Positions 38,011-47,510 of a stretch of DNA of 64,000 nt are shown piece after piece. A program made the position numbers and the translations under genes. A model generated the notes under the pieces. That model was not told where the DNA came from. It was given only the letters and a program-made list of their open reading frames with translations, and searched no databases. Position 1 is the stretch's first letter, and each line of letters opens with the position of its first letter. The DNA is taken from contig CAZRWP010000002.1 of NCBI GenBank assembly GCA_964603945.1, positions 123,880-187,879 on the forward strand. Direction: 5' to 3'. The stretch comes from an uncultured Pseudomonadales bacterium. GTDB taxonomy: Bacteria > Patescibacteriota > Microgenomatia > UBA1400 > UBA1396.

Positions 38011-39771
38011 TTATTGAGTAACGGTATTAGCTTGAGTGAAGAAATCTTGCGAGTGCTGTGTGAAGGCGGCCGGCCTGGCCCTGAGGTAGTCCTTTAACAG
38101 TTCTACTCGCCTCTCCCACTCTTCCACCGAAGCCACGCTTGGCACCGGCGCAGAGTAGCTACCCAGATGGCTGAGCGCTTCTTGATCTACTAATTCCGAT
38201 TGACCGTTCTGGCCGGCCGCCGATTCTTGATCCATTCCAGCCTGGCTGGCAAGATCCGCCGACTCACTGGCCTTTACTCCGCCCCAGCGTTCCACTTGAC
38301 GCGGCATTTCTGGTCTAATTTCTTCAGCCAAGCGGTCAACCGTAGCCGTCATATTATCGCCGCTCAAAGTAGTTTGAGTTAGCTCGGCCAGTCGCTCAGT
38401 CCACTGTTTTTGGAATGGCCGGTTAAAAAACAAGTTGCGGAATGGAAATTCATGATCCTCAAAATTAGTAAAAGGATTGCCATTGGCTGACTTGATCATT
38501 CTTTCGGTTGAGTCGTTACTGCCACCCATTGATACGTCTAGATCAAACAATAGCCAGCGCCAGCGGCCATCTAATTCCGGCACCATTTGGGATTCAACGG
38601 GCGCGGCAATTTCTGTCCGGTAACGCCAAGCCTTGGTGTTGTTATAAGGCCAGTCAATGTTGGCAAAAAAGAATTCAAAAAGCAGATAGTCTAGCAAATT
38701 ATTGATATCACTCAGGCTATTAACATGACTGTAACTTGCACAATGGGTACAAGCTCTGATATCAGATAAAAGACGGTTATAAAGTGCCGCCTCCCCTTCC
38801 ATTTGCTTGGTGTCGCCAACAGCCCGACCACGGTTCACGCCATTGTCTAAAGGTATATCAACTACCGCCAAGGCTTCCGGATCTACTCGATATTTTTCCT
38901 CAAAGTAAGTTTCGTCAAAGCGCTCGCGGACATAATAAAGTCCCCAGTACTCACCATTCAGATACAGGACGACTGGCCTGGCTGCTTGGGCGTCCAACGT
39001 AGAATCACTTTGTTCAACTAACTCCGCCGCCAAGCGATCACGCATAAAGGCGTTTTGGGCATCACCGCCACCATTTCTTAAAATTAATGAAGAATGTTGT
39101 CGGTTGCCCTCCTCGCCAAAAATTGGATAAGTAAGTTTTTCTTCTCGGCCATTTTCATCCTGAATGTAAATGCGAAATGATTTCTGAGCCATGCCACGCA
39201 TGGCATTTCCATGTAATCTCAGGCCAATGGTATGCTCAAAACCAATCTTCTGATCTGGTTCATACCAACGCATCATGGCCGGCCGTTCCCACTTATCGCC
39301 ACTTTGACGATGATTGTTGTTGTTGCCTTCGATGTAAATACCAATCTCTGGATCCCAGAGTGAAGCCGGCGGCAAATTAATCGAAATAATCGGTAGAGTG
39401 TGTTCAGTACCGATAAAGAAATCCTGACGCTGGGGTTTGGTCAGTACTTGCCCATTTTGATCGGTAATCGTAGTTTGCAACACCACAGTTTTATTAATCT
39501 CAACTGGCTCTCTATAAATTAGTGAATCCGATCCAGGTGACGACCCATCAAGAGTGTAGCGAATATCACCATTAATCGGTGAGCTCAAACTAACGGAAAT
39601 TGGCTCCTTAAAAAATTGACCGCGCGGTGAGATCGCCACCGGCTCAGACAGTAAATTTCTAAGCAAAAAATTGGACTGCCAAAACGCTAAAACCACGAGT
39701 AATAAAACTCCAAAAACCAGCCCAAACAGCCGACTATTTTGAGAAATTGGACTAACACGATAAAGCTGCAT
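38011..39771 (-). CDS. CotH kinase family protein (N-terminal TM anchor)
   Basis: CotH-like blocks LILRNGGGD, RD.LAAEL, LYLNGEYWGLYYVRERFDETYFEEKY. N-terminal TM. Confidence 0.65.
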   Translation of the reverse strand: MQLYRVSPISQNSRLFGLVFGVLLLVVLAFWQSNFLLRNLLSEPVAISPRGQFFKEPISVSLSSPINGDIRYTLDGSSPGSDSLIYREPVEINKTVVLQTTITDQNGQVLTKPQRQDFFIGTEHTLPIISINLPPASLWDPEIGIYIEGNNNNHRQSGDKWERPAMMRWYEPDQKIGFEHTIGLRLHGNAMRGMAQKSFRIYIQDENGREEKLTYPIFGEEGNRQHSSLILRNGGGDAQNAFMRDRLAAELVEQSDSTLDAQAARPVVLYLNGEYWGLYYVRERFDETYFEEKYRVDPEALAVVDIPLDNGVNRGRAVGDTKQMEGEAALYNRLLSDIRACTHCASYSHVNSLSDINNLLDYLLFEFFFANIDWPYNNTKAWRYRTEIAAPVESQMVPELDGRWRWLLFDLDVSMGGSNDSTERMIKSANGNPFTNFEDHEFPFRNLFFNRPFQKQWTERLAELTQTTLSGDNMTATVDRLAEEIRPEMPRQVERWGGVKASESADLASQAGMDQESAAGQNGQSELVDQEALSHLGSYSAPVPSVASVEEWERRVELLKDYLRARPAAFTQHSQDFFTQANTVTQ

Positions 39772-39772
39772 G

Positions 39773-40504
39773 CTAATGGTAGTATACGTCGTTGGGATGA
39801 CACTGTTGCATCCCCATCACGAATTTTGATGACTTGCTGACCCTTAAGGGCAGTCCCTGAGCCAAGCTTGGTAGTTTTGTATCGTCTGAGATGGGATATT
39901 TGGCTTCCAATATGGTAATCGGGAGTTGTCGGGTGGTCAGATTATTTTCCCAATCGGTAATAGTGGAAAAGTGCAGATCACTATCAATGGTTATCCTTAA
40001 ATCATTTTGCGCCGAGGTGAAATAGCGGCGTTGGTAGTGATTTAATAGGGCGGGTTGCAAAATTCCACTCTCTTCTAAATGAGTCTCAAGCTGTTGTCGG
40101 ACCAAGTCAGTTAGCTCAGCTAAGGAAAGATCTTTTATAGTGGTTTGAAACGGATAAGTAAGTTTGAGCATGACCTCGCCATCGCGACGTTTTAACTCAA
40201 TTTGAAGCTTATCCAACTTATTGTCTTTGTCTGAATACCATCTGACACGCGCCTTGACCCGTTGCGGTTGGCCTAAAAGATTTTGCTGATAATACTCATA
40301 TTCTGGCGTATCAAAGTACAGAGTCCAAATTTGACGCGGTACAAAAGCCGGCCGGAAAATATCCGGGTGCATTAAAAGACGCTGTTCCAACTGGTCGGGA
40401 TCGTAAACGTCACTCAAATATTTGCGCTCATAGCGGTAGACGGTCAAAGGAGCTGTAGATGATGTGCCAGAGCCTGAATTCATAAAAGAAGGCATAACTT
40501 CCAT
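39773..40504 (-). CDS. VTC-domain (CYTH-like polyphosphate-polymerase-type) protein
   Basis: N-terminal YRYERKYL and about 240 aa, consistent with bacterial VTC-domain proteins. One nt from the CotH start. Confidence 0.5.
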   Translation of the reverse strand: MEVMPSFMNSGSGTSSTAPLTVYRYERKYLSDVYDPDQLEQRLLMHPDIFRPAFVPRQIWTLYFDTPEYEYYQQNLLGQPQRVKARVRWYSDKDNKLDKLQIELKRRDGEVMLKLTYPFQTTIKDLSLAELTDLVRQQLETHLEESGILQPALLNHYQRRYFTSAQNDLRITIDSDLHFSTITDWENNLTTRQLPITILEAKYPISDDTKLPSLAQGLPLRVSKSSKFVMGMQQCHPNDVYYH

Positions 40505-40539
40505 AGTATACGTAAGTTTAAGCTAAAATAAGTTATACT

Positions 40540-41655
40540 TTGGCTATGCAATTACCAATCAAGAATTCCGCCCATCCCCGACTTATTAATATTCTTTATG
40601 GTTCTTTGGTTGGCGGCGGATTAGCTATTTTTGGACTTTATCTCTTGGAAGCCATATTTTACCCTGGCGCCGTAGCAGCTCGTTTGGGAATTAGTCTCCT
40701 GCCAGTCACGATTTTGTATCTATTATTTCTAGCGATGGTTAAGTTTATTGAACCGCCTAATTTAATAAAACAAGCAGCGACCAGCACACTGCTCTATTTT
40801 TCGCCAGCGCTCGCCATGAGTTCCTTATTTTTAGATTTTGCCAATGACGTTTTATTTGATAATTTTAGTTTCAGCACATTTCATCTTCATCCGGTTCAGC
40901 TGCATTTAGCCGGAATGTTTTTAGCTCTTTTTTGCTTATTTTTAGCTGATTGGCGCCGGCTTTTGGCTAATTGGCAGCGTTGGTTATTTGGTTCTAGTTT
41001 AATTGTGTTTACCTTGGTTGCTTATCTTAAACGAGTTTATTTGGCCACTTGGTTTCATACTTTGAGGGCAGAGGACGGATTGTTTGAATATTTTACCGCC
41101 ATTGGATTTTTTATTGGCGGTGTAATCATGTTAAGAATTGCTCGTCATCTTTGGCAAACAAAAAACTATAACTGGAGAAATGTTCTACTGCCTTTTTGCG
41201 TCTTGGTGGGTTTGGCATTATGCGTAATTGCGATGGAAGAAATATCCTGGGGTCAAAGAATATTCAACTTCCAGACTCCACAATTTATTGCTGATAGTAA
41301 TACTCAAGATGAAATTACGATTCACAATAACGAGGCTATTTTGCCCTATGTTTATTATGGTTACTTCATTGTGTCTTTATATGGATTCATATCACCGCTC
41401 ATTAAGCTGGTGATTAAACGCTATAAATTATTAGCTGATAAATTTAAAATCTGGCTGGAATTCATCATGCCCGACTGGTATTCCATTCCTTTATTTTTGC
41501 CGACTTTATATTACACATCTTATCGCCTGACCATTGGTTGGGAATATTATGAGATCGGCCAATGGGAAGAAACGACCGAAATGTTTTTAGGAGCGGCCGC
41601 CGCCGTTTTTGCTTTAGGTTTATACAACAAGGTTGTCAGGCAGATTAGAAGCTGA
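40540..41655 (+). CDS. polytopic membrane protein, paralog of 36139..37293
   Basis: Shared EEISWGQRIFNFQTPQFIADSNTQDEITIHNNEAILPYVYYGY block; about 10 TM. Confidence 0.5.
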   Translation: MAMQLPIKNSAHPRLINILYGSLVGGGLAIFGLYLLEAIFYPGAVAARLGISLLPVTILYLLFLAMVKFIEPPNLIKQAATSTLLYFSPALAMSSLFLDFANDVLFDNFSFSTFHLHPVQLHLAGMFLALFCLFLADWRRLLANWQRWLFGSSLIVFTLVAYLKRVYLATWFHTLRAEDGLFEYFTAIGFFIGGVIMLRIARHLWQTKNYNWRNVLLPFCVLVGLALCVIAMEEISWGQRIFNFQTPQFIADSNTQDEITIHNNEAILPYVYYGYFIVSLYGFISPLIKLVIKRYKLLADKFKIWLEFIMPDWYSIPLFLPTLYYTSYRLTIGWEYYEIGQWEETTEMFLGAAAAVFALGLYNKVVRQIRS

Positions 41656-41718
41656 AATAACTATATTCACCAAAATTTCTTCTCACCTAAACTCAGCTAA
41701 AGCCATTACTCATAAAGA

Positions 41719-43492
41719 TTGATACACTTATTAAATATGAATTTTCTAAATTGGAATGAATTTTCTCGATATGCTACTTATTTTGTGCTGATATTTGTCT
41801 TATTACTAACCTTGATATTTAGATTTTGGCAGCTTGAGTTGATACCCAGCGGCTTAAATTGGGATGAAGCAGCTTATGGTTATAACTCTTATAGTTTGCT
41901 TTTAACCGGAAATGACGAATGGGGTGTTAGCTGGCCAATTTTTCTTAGGTCATTTGGTGATTTCAAACCGGCTCTACTAAGCTATCTGCAAATACCTCTG
42001 ATTTATTTTAATGGTTTAACAACAAATTCATTGCGTATTCCAGTTGCCCTATTGGGAGTGATTAGCTTGATAAGCTGGTGGACGATCCAAAATAAGTTGG
42101 AGCTATTTTCAACCAAAAATATTCCAAATTAATGCCGCTAATTGGTTTGTTACTATTAGCTACCTCTCCTTGGCATATTCATTACAGCCGGTCAGCCATG
42201 GACCCGATTGTTTCATTTGCTTTTTTAATGATGGGATACGCTTTATTTATTCAAAAACAGGCAGCGCTTAGATGGTTTGGCGTAGCCTCCCTAATTTTAT
42301 CCATGTATACCTACAATTCAGCTCGCCTGTTTGTACCCATATTACTTTTACTGCACTTAATAATTTTTGAATTGCCCATTATCCAAAAATATAGGAAGAA
42401 CCTATATCGGCTTTGGCAATTCGTTGTCATCTGGCTTAGTTGTTTATTAATTTTAGCTGCGACTTTATTTACTGAGGTGGGGTCACGCGCCCAATCTGTC
42501 TTTATTTTGAATAAACCGCAAATCCAGGATCAAACTAATGAGTCTATTTATCGTTCAACTGCCCTGGGAATGAAAGGCTTAAGGTTTTACAGCAACAAGG
42601 CCATAACCGCCACTTATGAAGTCACAAAAAATTACATTTCGCACTTTGATCCGCTCTTTTTATACTTTGATCACAATTTAAGTGCCCGCCACGGATTTAG
42701 TCGGCATGGCAATCTTTTACTTATTACTTTACCGTTTTTAGTTTGGGGATTATTTTCCGCCAATGTAAAAAATCCAAGCGAAATTTGTTTTTTTTGTTAT
42801 GGCTGATTTTGGCACCAATTCCTTCAGCTTTAAGCGATGATGTACCCCACTCCGGACGAACCTTAATTATGCTGCCAGCAATAATTTATTTTATCTCAAT
42901 GGGCATGGAAAAGTTTTTCCTAATGGCTGACAGCGTAAAATTACGACTTCATAAAAAGTTGCCTAATTATCTTCTACCAATGTTGGTTGTTGTCGGATTG
43001 TCATTAAATGCTGGTCTATACTTTGTAGATTTGTACCGTTACTTTCCTGAAGATTCCTACTTTGATTGGCAAGGTGATGCCCACACAATTGTTGAATTAA
43101 TTAAGGAAATAGATACCGAGGAAGATGAATCAATTGTTGTCACTAATGAACTCCTGGAATCCTATATTTTCTATGCCTTTTATACTCAGCTTGATCCTAA
43201 AGTGTTGCAGGCTCAGCATAATGCGGTTGATTTAAACACATATGGAGAAGTATCTATTGATGATGTAGATGTTTGCACCTTACTTAAACCAAATACCTTG
43301 GTTATAACCACGCAAGACTACACTTTGAGTTTGCCAAAAGCTGTATTAGATGAAAATGAAAAATTATACTCAGAAACAATCTGGCCCTTTAACCGATTCT
43401 CACAGGGGAAACCCTTAGGTTATGTGTATAGATCAAACCTCATAACTCCGAAAGCGCAGGCGGCAATTGAGGGATTGTGCGAGGTAGATTAA
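41719..43492 (+). pseudogene. GT39-family (PMT/ArnT-like, undecaprenyl/dolichyl-phosphate-dependent) glycosyltransferase split into three ORFs by two -1 frame changes at homopolymers
   Basis: ORF1 41719..42132 (WDEAAYGYNSY...FKPALLSYL). ORF2 42132..42806 (LLLATSPWHIHYSRSAMDP). ORF3 42743..43492. Junction 1 at an A5 run (about 42115-42119). Junction 2 at a T8 run (42788-42795). In each case +1 nt restores a continuous protein of about 590 aa. Confidence 0.6.
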
Positions 43493-43502
43493 TAGGGTGC
43501 GG

Positions 43503-43563
43503 AGGGAGTGGTCACTCGTCAGGCATGACTCGTGACATTAGCCACGCTCGCCTACGGCATGAG
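43503..43563. repeat. conserved roughly 60-nt element (copy A), immediately 3' of tRNA-Ser and flanked by 13-bp direct repeats of the tRNA 3' end (GCGGAGGGAGTGG)
   Basis: cactcgtcaggcatgactcgtgacattagccacgctcgcctacggcatgagc aligns at about 85% with 49411..49460. Flank repeats at 43498-43510 and 43568-43580. Confidence 0.5.
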
Positions 43564-43565
43564 CT

Positions 43566-43653
43566 TGGCGGAGGGAGTGGGATTCGGACCCACGGTATCT
43601 TGCGATACGGCGGTTTAGTAAACCGCTGCACTAGACCACTATGCGATCCCTCC
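43566..43653 (-). tRNA. tRNA-Ser (class II, long variable arm); anticodon reads ACT in the hand fold
   Basis: Acceptor GGAGGGA/UCCCUCC, G73, CCA encoded, D-arm GCA-UAGUGGUCUAG-UGC, anticodon stem GCGGU/ACCGC with loop UUACUAA, 17-nt variable arm, T-arm GUGGG-UCCGAAU-CCCAC. Anticodon needs tRNAscan confirmation. Confidence 0.7.
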
Positions 43654-43783
43654 AAATATATGCGAGTTGATTTCTTAAATACCCATATCAGGATGTTTAA
43701 ATATCAAACGTAAAGATATTATAAGTCAGTCTAAGCCAAAACTAGTCACAAAAAACTAATCAAATCTATTTTAAATATCTTAA

Positions 43784-44413
43784 CTAGAATCCCAAGTCTT
43801 CTTCAACCAATATAATATGAACTTTTCTACCAGAGTAAGGATTCTCATTTTTAAATATTACGATTTTATTGAGTGAAGTATCAGAACCATAAGCTGATTG
43901 ACTACGTGTGTTTTCCAACGGGACTACGTGTTTTTCTAAGCGATCAAAACCGGCATCCATGGTTGCAACAATCTTTTTGGTGCTGACAACTAAAATTAAG
44001 TTTTTGGCATTGTAGACCAAGCTAGGCAGTTGATTACCGGTGTTGGAAGCGACAATAAATTCACCATTCGTGATAAGCGCGTGCACACTGCCTAAATAGT
44101 AATCTGCCAAACTAGCCTGCCGACGCAGATTTCTTTGTTTTTCGATATCTTTCTCTGCCAAAATTTCAGCTTGCAGGTTTCTCCATTCATGTTGACCTGA
44201 CTTTAAAAGATCCGTAAATCCGATTTGTTTTAAGGAGTATGAAGTGCCGCTAATCACTGAAGCATCAGTTGGAACTATCTCTTTTATTTTGGCAAGAGCA
44301 CCGGCACCATTAGGAACTTTATGTACCTGATATTGCTTTTTAGTCAGAGCTTTAATGGTAACTTCCAGATTGGTTGGTGAGGCAAGTGCGTTGTAGTCCA
44401 TGTGTTTCATCAT
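43784..44413 (-). CDS. LUD-domain protein (LutC/YkgG-like)
   Basis: Block EFIVASNTGNQLPSLVYNAKNLILVVSTKKIV resembles the LUD-domain core; about 209 aa. Confidence 0.4.
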   Translation of the reverse strand: MMKHMDYNALASPTNLEVTIKALTKKQYQVHKVPNGAGALAKIKEIVPTDASVISGTSYSLKQIGFTDLLKSGQHEWRNLQAEILAEKDIEKQRNLRRQASLADYYLGSVHALITNGEFIVASNTGNQLPSLVYNAKNLILVVSTKKIVATMDAGFDRLEKHVVPLENTRSQSAYGSDTSLNKIVIFKNENPYSGRKVHIILVEEDLGF

Positions 44414-44476
44414 ACCTAATTTAAAATTAAGATGCCAGTCAATGGGAAAAGTGATACAGTCGAATTATGAGCCTAG

Positions 44477-45229
44477 TTGATGCAGAAGAAGCAAATAATT
44501 CGGTTGAATCCACAACTCCCAGTAATAATCGGTGGGAAAAGGCTAATAGATTTTCTATTTAATAGCACTAGTCTGATGGAATTACTAGCAATGCTATATG
44601 ACTCTTTTCCTGATCAGATATCAAATTGGCCAATCCCTGAGGCGAAACTAGATGATGACGATCTTAATACTTCTTTTCCATTTGAGATCGCCCAAAATCT
44701 AAATTTATTATTACAAAAAATTAATTCATCAGATGAAGCTAAAGAATTTCCATTTTCGATTCTATCTGTTCTAAGTGGTGGTGAATTAAATCTAAATGAA
44801 TTACGTAATTTATATAAAGCAGATGAGGCCGACTTACTTAAATCAAGAGTGGTTGAATTTGATCCGACTTTAGCTCAAATGGCAATCAATGAAGTTGCTG
44901 CAGATGATGTTCTAAATGCTTTTGTACTTTGTCACACTCATCCAGGCTTGCCAGCCGAAGAAACTCAGGACACTATCGCCGCTCAACTTGGTGACGAAAT
45001 CAAACAAACATATAAAATTAAGCCACCCGGTCTAAACTTATCTGCTCAAGATTTGTATCAGTTGGTCACTGTACATGAGCAACTCAAAGACAAAATGACC
45101 GTTTATTTAGGTGTGTTGATGTTTGATGGAAAATTGGTTTTAGTCAGGATTAAAGATAACAAATTTGTTAAAACAGAGATTAAAATTCCAGTAAATAATG
45201 ACACCTCTGTTCAAGCTGACAGTAATTAA
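44477..45229 (+). CDS. hypothetical protein, possible divergent JAB/MPN-like motif
   Basis: AFVLCHTHPGLPAEETQD resembles the JAMM motif H.H.(7).S..D but is one residue short. Start uncertain (possibly an internal Met). Confidence 0.35.
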   Translation: MMQKKQIIRLNPQLPVIIGGKRLIDFLFNSTSLMELLAMLYDSFPDQISNWPIPEAKLDDDDLNTSFPFEIAQNLNLLLQKINSSDEAKEFPFSILSVLSGGELNLNELRNLYKADEADLLKSRVVEFDPTLAQMAINEVAADDVLNAFVLCHTHPGLPAEETQDTIAAQLGDEIKQTYKIKPPGLNLSAQDLYQLVTVHEQLKDKMTVYLGVLMFDGKLVLVRIKDNKFVKTEIKIPVNNDTSVQADSN

Positions 45230-45541
45230 TTAACTCTCCTTAATCATCACAAGCATCATCTTAAAAGCTTGATTAGCCTTTAAAGCGTGGGGCTTGCCAG
45301 CCGGCATCATCAGCATCTCGCCAGTCTTGACCAAATGTTTGTCGCCAGCAACCGTAATTTCCGCTGTGCCATCAATGATTATCGCCAGGGCAGAAAAAGG
45401 CGCGGTGTGCTCACTCAAACCTTGATCCTGATCAAAGGCAAACAACGTCACCGTGCCACCGGATTGTTTAACAATTTCCTTACTAACCACTGCTCCATTT
45501 TGATAATTTATAGCTTGGTTGAGATTTTGGACTTCGGTCAT
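45230..45541 (-). CDS. cupin-domain protein
   Basis: G.T..LFAFD....SEH.A....L..II.G.A.I....K......GE...MPAGKPHAL cupin motifs; 103 aa. Confidence 0.6.
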   Translation of the reverse strand: MTEVQNLNQAINYQNGAVVSKEIVKQSGGTVTLFAFDQDQGLSEHTAPFSALAIIIDGTAEITVAGDKHLVKTGEMLMMPAGKPHALKANQAFKMMLVMIKES

Positions 45542-45667
45542 AATAGATTGAGTTTAGCAGATCATCGCGACTGGGTTGAAAAATCCAATCTATGGCGAGT
45601 TAAATATATTTATCCAGCAAAGCAAATGCTAGAATGTCTTTCTATGACGCAAAAATATGGTTGAGTT

Positions 45668-46645
45668 ATGAGCCAAAGCATTATTGCCAGTGATTTAAAG
45701 CTAGACTTTACTATTACACGCAAACAACCTGGTTTGCAGGGGGCGGTGCGCAACATTTTTTCTCCACTTAAGACAACCTATACGGCGGTTGATGAAGTGA
45801 ATTTCTCCATTGGTTCAGGTGAACTGGTTGGTTTTATTGGTCCAAACGGAGCTGGCAAGACTACAACGCTTAAAATGCTGTCCGGTTTATTGGCGCCAAC
45901 AAGCGGTTCAGTCAGCGTACTTGGCTATAAGCCGTTTGATCGTCACTATGACTTTTTAAAACAAATATCTCTAGTGATGGGTCAAAAAAATCAACTGATG
46001 TGGGATCTGCCCGCCACCGATACTTTTCTGCTAAATAAAGCGATCTATGATTTGCCAGATAAAGAATATAAGCAAATGTTTGATGATTTAGTTGATCTAA
46101 TGGGTGTGAGTGAGCAATTGCAGATCCCAGCACGCAAGCTGTCGCTTGGTCAGCGGATGAAAATGGAGTTGATTGCCGCCCTGCTCCACCGGCCCAAAAT
46201 ATTATATTTGGATGAACCGACCATTGGGCTAGATGTGGTGGTACAGCGCAATCTGCGTGATTTTATCCGTGAATACAACCGAAGCCAGGAAGCAACGGTT
46301 TTACTTACTAGTCACTATATGGGCGATGTTCAGGAACTTTGTTCACGAGTGATTATTATCTCGCATGGCAAAATTATGTTTGATGGACGCCTGCAGGCCT
46401 TGATTAACCGTTATTCTCCCAATCGGGTGATTCGGTTCACCATACGCAAAGATTTAAATCGGGCCAAGCTGGCCAAATTAGGTGAAATTCAGGACTGGAA
46501 TCCGCCCAATATTTCCTTGTTGGTTAAGCGAGATCAGGCTACCAAACAGGCGGCTAAACTTTTGCAAGTTTTTGACTTGACTGATCTGACCATTGAGGAA
46601 ACGCCGATTGAAGACACGATTCGGGCGATTTTCCATGAGGACTAA
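45668..46645 (+). CDS. ABC transporter ATP-binding protein
   Basis: Walker A GPNGAGKTTTLKM, signature LSLGQRMK, Walker B ILYLDEPT. Confidence 0.88.
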   Translation: MSQSIIASDLKLDFTITRKQPGLQGAVRNIFSPLKTTYTAVDEVNFSIGSGELVGFIGPNGAGKTTTLKMLSGLLAPTSGSVSVLGYKPFDRHYDFLKQISLVMGQKNQLMWDLPATDTFLLNKAIYDLPDKEYKQMFDDLVDLMGVSEQLQIPARKLSLGQRMKMELIAALLHRPKILYLDEPTIGLDVVVQRNLRDFIREYNRSQEATVLLTSHYMGDVQELCSRVIIISHGKIMFDGRLQALINRYSPNRVIRFTIRKDLNRAKLAKLGEIQDWNPPNISLLVKRDQATKQAAKLLQVFDLTDLTIEETPIEDTIRAIFHED

Positions 46646-46655
46646 GAGGACTAAT

Positions 46656-47510
46656 ATGAGTTTTCCCAGGTCAACCTTCCAGAATATCGGAGTTAAATTT
46701 CCCCGATTCAGTCGCCACTTGGATATCTTTAAAATTCGCATGATTGAGGTTTTTAATTATCGTCTGCGCGCTTTGGTTTGGTTCGCAGTTGGGCTAGTTA
46801 ATACTTTAGTGTTACTGTTTTTCTGGTGGGCGGCCTTGTCCGGCGGTGATTCAGCTAACACCAACACCACGCTTACTATTCCGGCTATCACGACCTACTA
46901 CCTATTAATGACTTCACTAGCTACGACCACAATCTGTCATCAGGAAGAGGATATTTCCAACCGAGATATTTATAAAGGCAATCTGTATGGCTATTTACTT
47001 CAGCCTTACCCCTATTTATTAGCAAAGTTTCAAGAAGAAATAGTTTGGCGCTTATTAGGTGGTTTTTGGGCACTGCTGACCATAATTATTGTTTCAGCTT
47101 TAGGTTTTAATTTGACTATCTCTGCCTCTCCGTTTGTCTGGCTGCTGACTTTTTTAAGTGCCTCCATGGGCATAATGGTTTCCTACTTTTGGAAATCAAT
47201 TCTGGGATTATTGGCAATTTGGCTGACTAATTTACAGGGCTTGCTGGATTTGGAAGGCATCTTTCAAATAATTCTGGCTGGTTTTATTTTGCCACTTAAT
47301 TTACTGCCTCAACCATTACAAAATATTGCCTTATTTTCACCCTGGGCGGCTCCAGTCTATTACCCAATCGCCATCTTAACGCAGTCATTGCCAATGGGCA
47401 CAATAATAACTTTTTTTGCCATGCAGTTATTTTGGATGATTGTTTTTGGCGCCACTTCTAAGCTGGTTTTCAAAAAGGGTCTTATAGCTTACACCGGAGT
47501 CAGCCAATGA
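46656..47510 (+). CDS. ABC-2 type transporter permease
   Basis: Six TM segments. Start placed at MSFPRSTF 11 nt after the ATPase stop; the ORF-track start at 46593 overlaps the ATPase gene. Confidence 0.55.
   Translation: MSFPRSTFQNIGVKFPRFSRHLDIFKIRMIEVFNYRLRALVWFAVGLVNTLVLLFFWWAALSGGDSANTNTTLTIPAITTYYLLMTSLATTTICHQEEDISNRDIYKGNLYGYLLQPYPYLLAKFQEEIVWRLLGGFWALLTIIIVSALGFNLTISASPFVWLLTFLSASMGIMVSYFWKSILGLLAIWLTNLQGLLDLEGIFQIILAGFILPLNLLPQPLQNIALFSPWAAPVYYPIAILTQSLPMGTIITFFAMQLFWMIVFGATSKLVFKKGLIAYTGVSQ

Noticed and set aside
43477-43713. ORFs containing GGSGIRTHG / GGGGIRTHG (43477..43713 and 49522..49758)
   Set aside because: These peptides are the translation of tRNA T-arm sequence (GGATTCGAACC) on the opposite strand. 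Both regions are tRNA-Ser genes.
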